64,000 bases of DNA. Origin: an uncultured bacterium (GTDB lineage: Bacteria; Zixibacteria; MSB-5A5; UBA10806). Position numbers and translations under genes: made by a program. The stretch covers positions 96,001-160,000 of the forward strand of contig CBEUCH010000002.1 in assembly GCA_965541585.1 (NCBI GenBank). The letters run 5' to 3'. Under the pieces are notes generated by a model. It did no database searches, was not told the origin of the DNA, and worked only from the letters and a program-made list of their open reading frames with translations. Numbering within the stretch: the first letter of the stretch is position 1; each line of letters opens with the position of its first letter. This document shows, piece after piece, positions 46,115-55,009 of the stretch.

Positions 46115-49102
46115 TTAATCCGCTGTGGACTCCCGGCTAATCCCGGTTCTGGGATTTAATGAAGGGATTACAAGCAGCCCGTCCTCTCCCGGTGCTATCA
46201 AGCCGCCCTGCCCGGGGCAATCGGGACATCCGCTACCCGGCACAATTAAACCTCTGTATAAACCGATCTCGGTAACCACGTCGCCGAGCTCATTGGGTAC
46301 GCAGCTGCCGTTCGGGTCGGCATCAGGAGTGAAATCCTCGCCGTGGGACGGACAGTGGCACTCGTAAGTCGCTGTGATCGTGCCTCTGTACATACCGATC
46401 ATGGCGATAGCGTCGCCCAGCTCCAGCGGGACGCCGTTGTGGTCGCAATCGCCCACGAGATATTGGCAACTCGAAAATTCGCCGCACGGCGGTGCCAGAT
46501 TATCGCAGAGGGTGCTGGCGGCGAACCTGGTGCCGTCGCAGTCCAGAATGTGGACGTCATCCTCGCAATCACCGCTGGCGTCGTCGCAGCAGGCGCCGGC
46601 AGGGCCGACGACCTGGCAATCTACGATATCGATCTGGCCGATATAGGCTGCGCGGGCGATCATGTCCTCCTCGTTTGCGGCGCCGATGATTGCGATTTCA
46701 ATGCTTACCGACTCCCCGTCATTGAGCGTATAGGGGCCGGTGCTCAAAAGCGATGACATATCATCATACCAATCATCTGCCACACGGTCGCCATCGTAGC
46801 TCATGAGGGTGTAAAGATCCTCCATGAGCCAACCACCGACCGGTGGGTAGATGTAATCCTCCTGGCTGACGGCAGTCATGGAACGCAGGTTGACCTCATC
46901 GTCGTTAATCAGGCAAAGCCCCATAATATAAGAGAAGTCCGTAGCTCCCTGATACATGAGCTTATTTCCTCGGTCAAATACAACTGTGTCGAAAGAAGGA
47001 TAGACAACGTCCCAATCGAAGTAGACACCGGCGTAGTAGTCGCTGATTGTCGCGCCGGAATTATTGGTGATGGTGAAAATATGGATGAAGATATCGCCGG
47101 CCTGCACTACATCGGGGGGCTGGAATCCGATACCACAGTAATTGATATCAACACCACCCATAACGCCTTCATCGTCATAGGCGCACGTCGGGTGGAAGGG
47201 ATCCAATAGATTCAGGCTCTCAGTTCCCCTGTAGCGATAGCAATCGGTGGGAGTAGCGCCTGTCTGATTGTAATGAGAAAACATCCTCGCAGGACCATCT
47301 CCCATTACGAAGGTAGCGCCATGATTTGCCGGATCGATGCCGTAGCTATAATTATCATCCTGGTAATCGGGGTCGCCGAGCGGTCCGTAATTGCTGACCG
47401 CACAGTCCGGTATGTTGCCGGTCTCGGCCAGCCCCCGAGGTGTCATGGCTTCCTCGATCCTCAGATCGAAACTGGAAATACAATCAGGAGAGGGATAGCT
47501 ATCGATCATTATCCAGTAAGTGCCGGGCTGCAGGGTCAAATCTTCTAAACCGTGGGGAGCAGCTACGTTTGATGTCGATGAGGCAATACATTCGTTCGAA
47601 TCGGGCGGGCAAAAATCGTCTACCAGGATTCCTGTAAACGCATCGTCATGTGGGTCGAGAGTGATATCGAGCGTTATGACCTCAGAAACCGTAAACTCAT
47701 AGACGATATCCTCGCCGCCGTCATAGTCGTCAAGACAGGTATCGTCTTGGTCGTTTCCCGCGCCGCACGTCGTCCGACCTATATCGGAAAATGGCAATTG
47801 CGAGTTTATGTCGCCGATAACCACGTCCGGGTTGCATGGGGGCGTCGGCGTACATTCGACCCACATAGTATAATCGTTACCCAGAACACCGTTTCCATCA
47901 CATGCCAGATCCTCGGACCAGTCACTCGGCGCGATCCTTATCCAGTATATTCCGGGAAGCGCTTGCTCCAGTATCCGCGCCGTTTGGCAGCGGCCGACGA
48001 TCCGGGAGGTATACTGATAATCCTCGCAATCTTCGTTGCCCACGTCGTCGATGAATAGAAGCTGGAGCGGGAATTCGGCAATACCTCCAATTTCCAGATC
48101 AGATGGTGCAGTCACCTCGAACCTGTACCAGTCGATGTCGCGGTAAAGCCGATCCTCGCCCGGATTATCCGGATCTTCGCCCAGGAAAACGCCGCTCTTG
48201 CCGCATATTGTGTCGCCACATGCAATTTCCGTCCAGATCGGTTCCAGCGGCGGAACGGCATTACATCCGATGTTGAACTGATCGATATAATTATAGTGGC
48301 AATCCGGTTCGGCCTCGGGAATGCCGTTATCGGGGCAGGTAAGTTCGCATAACTGATCGGTGATCACAACGTCATCGAAAGAACAGGCATAACCCCATTC
48401 GGCGTAATAATGCATCGTCAGGGTATGTATATTGCCATCGGCGTAGTCGTCCAGTATCACCGAACGAATTCCCATAAATGGAATATTATCAGGCGCCTGG
48501 ACGAGATCGGCCTGTTCGCCATCGATAAGGACCTCGAAGTAATCCACGGAAGGGACATAAGCCCTGAAATACAACCAGTAGCTCAGAGTTAGCTGGCTGC
48601 CAACAGGAGTTGAAAAGTCGACGGAAATTTCCTCATCTGTGGTCGATCCGAAGCCACCGCCGTAGGAATCTGAACCGACCATATAGCCGCCGCCCTGGTT
48701 CTCGATGTGACCCCAGGCGTAGTCCCAGGGATCCGGGCGAATTACCCAGTCCTCGGCGCCGCTGCCATCGCCATTGCTGACAGCGGTCCAGGCCGGGTCG
48801 TTTGTGAAATCGCCGTCCTCGAAATCATCGTAAAGCCAGTCAGTCAGGAAAAGGGGACGTTGCCCCGGTAAGAGGATAGAGGAATCGAAGAACCGTTCGG
48901 TCTTTATAGGGCTTTGCCGCACAGTGCCCCGGTTACTTGCTTGAGGCTTAACTGCGGTGGTCGGCAAACGAAGAATGCCCGTTCTCGCTGGTTCGGCCAG
49001 GGCCGAAACCGTCTTGCCTTCAGCAGCAAGAACGGCCTGCCAGGCGAACAAAGCGAGGGCGAGAGACGAAGTAAATCTTATCTTCATATCAATCTCGGCC
49101 AC
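46115..49102 (-). CDS. Large acidic Cys-rich secreted multidomain protein with C-terminal dockerin-like domain
   Basis: Signal peptide, PPC-like domains (DIDWYRF, EDIVYEF, PGTYWI), a GACC module, and tail GDCDHNG..LELGD / ADPNGSC..ELGD. Confidence 0.8.
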   Translation of the reverse strand: MAEIDMKIRFTSSLALALFAWQAVLAAEGKTVSALAEPARTGILRLPTTAVKPQASNRGTVRQSPIKTERFFDSSILLPGQRPLFLTDWLYDDFEDGDFTNDPAWTAVSNGDGSGAEDWVIRPDPWDYAWGHIENQGGGYMVGSDSYGGGFGSTTDEEISVDFSTPVGSQLTLSYWLYFRAYVPSVDYFEVLIDGEQADLVQAPDNIPFMGIRSVILDDYADGNIHTLTMHYYAEWGYACSFDDVVITDQLCELTCPDNGIPEAEPDCHYNYIDQFNIGCNAVPPLEPIWTEIACGDTICGKSGVFLGEDPDNPGEDRLYRDIDWYRFEVTAPSDLEIGGIAEFPLQLLFIDDVGNEDCEDYQYTSRIVGRCQTARILEQALPGIYWIRIAPSDWSEDLACDGNGVLGNDYTMWVECTPTPPCNPDVVIGDINSQLPFSDIGRTTCGAGNDQDDTCLDDYDGGEDIVYEFTVSEVITLDITLDPHDDAFTGILVDDFCPPDSNECIASSTSNVAAPHGLEDLTLQPGTYWIMIDSYPSPDCISSFDLRIEEAMTPRGLAETGNIPDCAVSNYGPLGDPDYQDDNYSYGIDPANHGATFVMGDGPARMFSHYNQTGATPTDCYRYRGTESLNLLDPFHPTCAYDDEGVMGGVDINYCGIGFQPPDVVQAGDIFIHIFTITNNSGATISDYYAGVYFDWDVVYPSFDTVVFDRGNKLMYQGATDFSYIMGLCLINDDEVNLRSMTAVSQEDYIYPPVGGWLMEDLYTLMSYDGDRVADDWYDDMSSLLSTGPYTLNDGESVSIEIAIIGAANEEDMIARAAYIGQIDIVDCQVVGPAGACCDDASGDCEDDVHILDCDGTRFAASTLCDNLAPPCGEFSSCQYLVGDCDHNGVPLELGDAIAMIGMYRGTITATYECHCPSHGEDFTPDADPNGSCVPNELGDVVTEIGLYRGLIVPGSGCPDCPGQGGLIAPGEDGLLVIPSLNPRTGISRESTAD

Positions 49103-49338
49103 GATAGTTAAGGGAGTGACAAGACGCTTCTCACTGTCAAGCTTTTTTTAAGCCCGGGAGTTCAGGAATAGTCACCATTGATACTTGAGCTCTCTTAGTC
49201 TTCAAACTTCATTTTGCTTTATCAAAGGGGCGAGATATTTATAATTCTTGTTGTGAAATCTGCATGACTTATATAAATTGTCGAAAATAAAGGCGTGGTT
49301 TTCAGCCCCTGGCGGGTCAATCGTCAGCAATTCGGAGG

Positions 49339-49863
49339 ATGCTATTGAAGCTTAAGATCAAATCACCGGTACTGAAGTCTCTTGCAAAACTTTACATAGC
49401 CTTCGGCGCGATTCTGGTTTTTTTTATTGTCATCTTTAACACCCAGATCTTTTACTTGAATGTCAACGTCCCTTTTACATCATTCATCGTTCTTTCATCC
49501 AGCTTTTTGATAAATCTGTTCGGAGGAACCTCGTTCGTTGACGGCACTCATCTGTCCACCGCGCAGTTCGGCATCAATGTCGTCGACGGCTGCAACGGGA
49601 TCTATGCCACGGCCATACTACTGTCGGGCGTTATCGCGTATCCCGCCAGGCTGACCCATAAGATGCTGGGTGTGCTTGTTGGAATTGTCGCCATTTTCGT
49701 TCTCAACCTGGTGCGGGTGATAAGCCTTCTATATCTCGGGCAGTATTTCCCCGATATATTTAAAGAAATTCACGTTTTTATCTGGCAGCCTATCATAATC
49801 CTGTGGGCGATCTATATCTGGTATTTGTGGTGGCACAAGATTGAAGGCAAAGAAGCCAAATAA
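49339..49863 (+). CDS. xrtH: Exosortase H
   Basis: Hydrophobic protein with GCNG (Cys), NLVR (Arg) and H.FIWQ (His); IPTL-CTERM substrates occur in the window. Confidence 0.85.
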   Translation: MLLKLKIKSPVLKSLAKLYIAFGAILVFFIVIFNTQIFYLNVNVPFTSFIVLSSSFLINLFGGTSFVDGTHLSTAQFGINVVDGCNGIYATAILLSGVIAYPARLTHKMLGVLVGIVAIFVLNLVRVISLLYLGQYFPDIFKEIHVFIWQPIIILWAIYIWYLWWHKIEGKEAK

Positions 49864-50431
49864 ATGGTTTTTTCTTCTCAGGTTTTTGATCGCCTTTGCG
49901 ATCATTTACCTGCTGTGGAATTTCTCGGCTCCCCTCGCGAATAGAGTGTTTACATTTTTCGGCGGAAATATCCTGATGCTGTTTGACGGCGCAAACTATA
50001 CCAGGGCAGTTGAGCCCGACGGTGAATTCATTGTTGTTGTCTTCGGGGCCGGCAAAAATGTTGAAACGCTCAATCTTGAGTACAAGGGATTCACATTCAA
50101 CACCGTATTATTGCTGGCGCTGATTCTGGCGGTGCCGGATGTGAATTATAAACTCCGCCTGAAGATATTGATTCTTGGTATGGTAGTGCTATACCCGATA
50201 CAGATTATCAGGCTGGTCATTTTCATTTTCAACTACTATTGCCAGAATATGGGGCGACGAGGCGGGGGTACCTTATACCCTCAGTTTACGCATAATGCGA
50301 TCGGCTATGTCGATAAAACGCTGATAAGGATTGATGGCCAGATAATACCGGTATTCATATGGGCTGGATTATTTTATTATTACAAGTGGCATAACGTATT
50401 TACCAAAATGATGAAAAAGAGATCCGCCTGA
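49841..50431 (+). CDS. Exosortase H-associated membrane protein (exosortase-like, no catalytic Cys)
   Basis: Overlaps xrtH. 'LALILAVP...QIIR' parallels the XrtH topology, but there is no GCNG. Confidence 0.7.
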   Translation: MKAKKPNKWFFLLRFLIAFAIIYLLWNFSAPLANRVFTFFGGNILMLFDGANYTRAVEPDGEFIVVVFGAGKNVETLNLEYKGFTFNTVLLLALILAVPDVNYKLRLKILILGMVVLYPIQIIRLVIFIFNYYCQNMGRRGGGTLYPQFTHNAIGYVDKTLIRIDGQIIPVFIWAGLFYYYKWHNVFTKMMKKRSA

Positions 50432-50582
50432 ATTCCGGAGCGGAATAAAATTTACACTAATAAAAAAGCTGTTATAAAAGCAAAGGGGCGCACTGCGCAT
50501 CCATATTAGATTTCGCAATACGCCCCCGCTCCTTTTTAAAATGCCGGAGGCGTCAGGCTTTAGAACCTGACGCCCCTCCAGA

Positions 50583-50792
50583 TTACTCTTCCTCCTTTGA
50601 CCGTCTACCGTAGTAGATCCAGAGATGAACGATGTAGGCGATGATAATCATACTGATCAAAGTGCCCGCAAGATCCATAGTGGTAATTGAACCGGCTATC
50701 AGAACAACGCCGGTTATACCGGCGATAGCAACTACAAAAGCCACAGCCAGGACCCTGAAGAACACCGAGGGTATGAAAATCGGTTCGCCCAT
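50583..50792 (-). CDS. Small two-helix membrane protein (69 aa)
   Basis: TGATG stop/start overlap with the upstream IPTL-CTERM gene. Confidence 0.7.
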   Translation of the reverse strand: MGEPIFIPSVFFRVLAVAFVVAIAGITGVVLIAGSITTMDLAGTLISMIIIAYIVHLWIYYGRRSKEEE

Positions 50793-53626
50793 CAGTTGGC
50801 TCTTGTCAAAGCAGTTTTACGCCTGCGAACAATAGCGATAGTTCCGGCGGTCAGCAACATCAACCCAAGTATGATCATACCCCATTCGGAGAGGGTGGGG
50901 ATGGCTTCGACGACATCATGCGGCGGCCAGATATCATGCTGCGCGCAACCGGCAGGTTCTACAAGCGATGTTATGGGTATAGAGTGATTCACCGCCGGTT
51001 CGGCGCATTGGACACACGGTATTGCCTGAAGTCCGGGTATTAGATCAACAGCGCTGGGACCGATCGGTATGTCAGGTATATCGTCGCAATTACTCACTAA
51101 ATCGCCGACGCTTGATGTATACACGCCGAAGCCCGGATCTGAAAACATCCAGTGACCGTCTTCGATATTCATTAAATCAATGGCCGGGATTCCGTAATCA
51201 CCGTAATCAACATAGTATTCTAAAGCGTCGGATACCCGGGTAAAGACGATTTTCGGGACTACGGGTACATAGGCAAAAAACGTGCCTCCTTCTTCACAGA
51301 CCCGGTCAAAGTTCATTCCGCCTGTTGGCTGCCCGCGGGATTCTGACAGGCACACCTTGACATCCCACGCTTCAGGATTTTGGCCGCCGTTGTAAGTTAC
51401 CGTTATAGGTTGACTACTCACTAAACTCAGCGCCACTATCTCGATATCTATATTATGATCCTGAGAGGGACACTGAGGTAGATTTGCGACTCTACTTCGT
51501 TTGATTATTGTGTCGGTGGGCCCTAAATTCCCGTTAGTCGCCAGTGGCTCACCCTCTAAAGCAATAGTACCGGCGAAAGGATCCGAGCCGGGCCCGAAGA
51601 AGTCAGCCGGTATCGGGAGTGTGCTTTCCCCGCAGCCGAGATTCACAAATGTATTGTAGCCTTCCGGCGTTTCCCACAAGTCGTAAACCGGATCTTCTTG
51701 CACTGGACAATCTACATCAACACAGTTCAGGCCGGGGTAGAAGACGCCGCCGTTATCCTCGCAGATAGACTGGGTTTCCATTGTGCATAAACCATCGGGC
51801 CAGCAGCAGGCGCCTGTTTCCTGAACCGGTTCACTGGTGATGCAGAACGACAGGTCGAGCGATTGCTGACCCGACGGCAGGCATTCGTGCTCGATAATCC
51901 CGGGCTCGTTATCCCAGATTACGAAGTTAAATCCCCTGACATCTACGGAGACCCACTCCGGGTTATACTCCTCAATTAAAAACCCGAAGAACTCAAATAT
52001 TTCATAACCGTTTGGAAGGTCGCTCATAACAACCGGGAAGCGCTCAATATGTATTTCATCAGTCGGTTCAGTCGGTGGGGGCTCACCTGGCGGCCACTCA
52101 GGACCTGACCAGTTGATGGCGATCTCAACCCAGGCGGGAGCCCCGGGATCTAATTTCCATACCGAGCCCATTATGGAGATTTCCTTGTAGCGCGTGAGAT
52201 CGAGCGGGTCATTGTAGAACCAGATATTCCACCAACCGCTGGGGTACCAGAACCATCCATTGATACCACCAGGGCCATTGTAATAATCGGTACCTCCGCT
52301 CATCCCGGGAACGAGCTGCCCGCTTTGATCCATCCCCACCCAGAAGGAGTTGACGACCGGCCCGCCGCCTCCACCGGGCTCGTAAATCTCCGTCCAGAGG
52401 TCAGGAGGAAGCGGGGCATCGGGATCCGGGCCCCAAACCGCATCGTCCATCCAGTGATCCTGGGTTGATTTCCATCCCCAGTGTGTGTTAACCGGATCGA
52501 CGACATCGGCCGAAATCCTCAACCAGTAAATTTGGCCGACTGTCTGCACGCATGGTTCAGGCAGGAAGTAATCGTAACGGAAATATTGCTGGTGGTCACC
52601 GGGGATAATCTCGCCCTGGACAGGATCATACCATCCCTGTGGAGACGGATCCATAAGGGTGGTGGTGTATTCCCCTTCCAGTATATACATCGGGGGGCAG
52701 ACAATTTGGCCCGGTACGCTCCAGCCGTTTGGTCCCACGGGGATATTGTCGTGGATAGTGATCCAAAAGCCCCGGAGTTGGCCGATATCATCATGCCTCC
52801 ACGAACCCCACCAATGGATATCCTCGAGCTGGCCCGTCTCCGTGCACTGCCAGTCATCCGCCAGAGAGATGGGAGCGGTGGCATTAACGTCCCAACCGTT
52901 GGGATCCGGCAGCTGCGGGAAATGCATCTTGTGGTTTGCGCAATCACCGTCTTGGCAATTGGGAGAGTTTGTCTCGGTATCTACCCAGAAAAGCGGAGCG
53001 CCGCCAGAATAATAACTGCTCCACATATACCAAGTGCCCCCAGAATACGCCCAGTGCTCACATGGGACCGGGGGACAGATGAGTGGTTCATCCATTAAAA
53101 ATGAAGGAAGGCTTCCCCCAGGATCGCTATATTCAATACCGATATAGACCGGTCCGTTAACACAGCAGGGAGTCGAATAAGTTAATGGACCCACAGTGGG
53201 ATACTCATAAGTGGCGGCATCACAGATAAAAGTCTCACGGCAGAGTTCCGCGCCGGGTCCCGCGCATGGATCTCCGGGAATCAGCATATCGTATACCACG
53301 AAATCAACCTGAACCGGAAACGGCAAAGCGCCATCGTCATAAAGAGTAATCCACAGTGTAGTTATTTCAAGAGGGTATGTTGGAGCCGGGCAAACCGCCC
53401 ATGGATCATAATATGTGATTGCGCGGTCGCCAGTAACCAAGCCTGGATTATAGTAGCCCGGAATATTGCATGTCTTCGTAAGCAGGCAATAATCAAGAGT
53501 GGTCTGCGGCTGTTCGATAGGCAGTACCTCGCCTATTCTCGAGCCTTTTAGTTCACCCTTCGCCATGGCTGCAGTGCCGAGGATCAGGACAAGGCCGAGG
53601 GTTAAAATCAATGACTTTTTAAGCAT
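50792..53626 (-). CDS. Large multidomain surface protein with IPTL-CTERM sorting signal
   Basis: Signal peptide MLKKSL...AAMA (GGAGA SD), HKMHFPQLPD...LADDW domain, GACC module, then IPTLSEWG, a TM helix and RRRK. Confidence 0.88.
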   Translation of the reverse strand: MLKKSLILTLGLVLILGTAAMAKGELKGSRIGEVLPIEQPQTTLDYCLLTKTCNIPGYYNPGLVTGDRAITYYDPWAVCPAPTYPLEITTLWITLYDDGALPFPVQVDFVVYDMLIPGDPCAGPGAELCRETFICDAATYEYPTVGPLTYSTPCCVNGPVYIGIEYSDPGGSLPSFLMDEPLICPPVPCEHWAYSGGTWYMWSSYYSGGAPLFWVDTETNSPNCQDGDCANHKMHFPQLPDPNGWDVNATAPISLADDWQCTETGQLEDIHWWGSWRHDDIGQLRGFWITIHDNIPVGPNGWSVPGQIVCPPMYILEGEYTTTLMDPSPQGWYDPVQGEIIPGDHQQYFRYDYFLPEPCVQTVGQIYWLRISADVVDPVNTHWGWKSTQDHWMDDAVWGPDPDAPLPPDLWTEIYEPGGGGGPVVNSFWVGMDQSGQLVPGMSGGTDYYNGPGGINGWFWYPSGWWNIWFYNDPLDLTRYKEISIMGSVWKLDPGAPAWVEIAINWSGPEWPPGEPPPTEPTDEIHIERFPVVMSDLPNGYEIFEFFGFLIEEYNPEWVSVDVRGFNFVIWDNEPGIIEHECLPSGQQSLDLSFCITSEPVQETGACCWPDGLCTMETQSICEDNGGVFYPGLNCVDVDCPVQEDPVYDLWETPEGYNTFVNLGCGESTLPIPADFFGPGSDPFAGTIALEGEPLATNGNLGPTDTIIKRSRVANLPQCPSQDHNIDIEIVALSLVSSQPITVTYNGGQNPEAWDVKVCLSESRGQPTGGMNFDRVCEEGGTFFAYVPVVPKIVFTRVSDALEYYVDYGDYGIPAIDLMNIEDGHWMFSDPGFGVYTSSVGDLVSNCDDIPDIPIGPSAVDLIPGLQAIPCVQCAEPAVNHSIPITSLVEPAGCAQHDIWPPHDVVEAIPTLSEWGMIILGLMLLTAGTIAIVRRRKTALTRAN

Positions 53627-53728
53627 TAAATTCTCCAATTCTAATTGCTTGAATTTATTGTGCTGTCGAGTCTCAATATTCGGCAACTTTAATATCAGGT
53701 GCAGAGACTCAACACCGCATCTGGATGT

Positions 53729-54415
53729 TTAGCTCATCCCGGGAGGTTTAATCGGCGGCGCACGGAGATTAGGTAAATAGTCCCATCTCTTTGTTGAACT
53801 GATACCTTCAAAAAGCGGAAATAATTTTCTTGCCAAGGGAAATCTCAAGCCCGCAATTGAGAATCGGATTCGGCTTACATACTCGATAAGCATGAGAATT
53901 ATGGAGTTAACAAGCACGATGAAAAACGAGATCATCAATAAGCCGAAAAGAGATGCAAACCGGATAAGCTCGCTCGAATCGGCCGTCGGGAAACTTAAGA
54001 CGCCTCCCATGCCCGGGTACCTGATCAAGAAATATTCAAGAGGAACCCATATGGCGGCGACAAAAACAGGGTTAAATCCGATATATTTTTTTGCTCCATT
54101 GACGGCCATTCCGAAGATTGAAAAGACCAGGCTCAATAATAATAGATTAAGGAGAAAGTCCGCGGGAGCGGCCAGAGCCTCGCCAATGAAAGCGACGAAG
54201 GCATAGCAGCCGGCAAGAATCACACCCAGCAGAATAGAACCGGCCAAGGTTGTTCTGTTCAATTGCCACAGGAGTGGAACCAGGGCAAATAGCGATATGA
54301 ACCAGTATTCAGGATATATATGGGCAATCGATAGGATTAAAGCCGACGTTCCGGCGCAGATAAAATGAGCCAATAGTCTCACCGTGATATCGTTATGCCT
54401 TGAATCCGCATCCAT
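53729..54415 (-). CDS. Lnt N-terminal membrane-domain-only protein with C-terminal RAPP motif
   Basis: WFISLFALVPLL, AIWVPLEY and ASLFG...SFFIVLVN match the Lnt membrane part. There is no nitrilase domain, and the protein ends NLRAPPIKPPGMS. Confidence 0.78.
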   Translation of the reverse strand: MDADSRHNDITVRLLAHFICAGTSALILSIAHIYPEYWFISLFALVPLLWQLNRTTLAGSILLGVILAGCYAFVAFIGEALAAPADFLLNLLLLSLVFSIFGMAVNGAKKYIGFNPVFVAAIWVPLEYFLIRYPGMGGVLSFPTADSSELIRFASLFGLLMISFFIVLVNSIILMLIEYVSRIRFSIAGLRFPLARKLFPLFEGISSTKRWDYLPNLRAPPIKPPGMS

Positions 54416-54726
54416 TATTTTTGTCTGTCTCCGGCGATGAGGCTCCTCCCTCTATACCGTACCAGTGAGCGGGACCATTGACGCATAAATCTGCGGACGG
54501 ATGCGCGGCTTTACCAATGAGCAGAAGGCGACTCCAGATAGGCTACTAATATTAATTTTGTGCCTCCTGTGAGGCTAATCTGTTTCTCTGACAGCCTTGA
54601 TCACGTGATGCGAAGTCTGTGAACCCGCCGTCAGATAATCAATTACAAGCCCTGGCTTCAGCCTGAAGAGATTTAGTTGTGAAAGTGTGTTGAGTCAGAA
54701 ATGCTCAATCATCAATTTCTAATATT

Positions 54727-54755
54727 AAGATAGGCGACCCACATTTACTTGTCAA
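54727..54755 (-). promoter_or_regulatory. Promoter about 300 nt upstream of the Lnt-like gene
   Basis: TTGACA-N17-TATCTT, the same hexamers as the pdxS promoter. Confidence 0.55.
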
Positions 54756-55009
54756 GAAAAAAATAGAGGGGATTATCAACATAGGAGACCGGCGAGGTCG
54801 AAGGCCCTCACGGGGGCGGTGCGCCGGCCAAAAAGCGCCTGAAATTCTGGCGAAAGCCCGGAAAATATATTACATTGGTATAATGAGCATCGGGCTTTTG
54901 GACGACAGCAAAGGCTGGAACGATGATCAGTTGTATTCTGTTGGATAAGAGAGTGCGAATCGGATTGGTGTGAGCATTTGAGTAGACCTTTTTCCGGGAG
55001 GTTGACAGC

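Noticed and set aside
50484..50579. Two hairpins as an ncRNA
   Set aside because: They lie between convergent genes and are explained as terminators or REP-like stems.
53729..54415. Functional apolipoprotein N-acyltransferase (lnt)
   Set aside because: The nitrilase domain with the Glu-Lys-Cys triad is absent, so the gene symbol is withheld.
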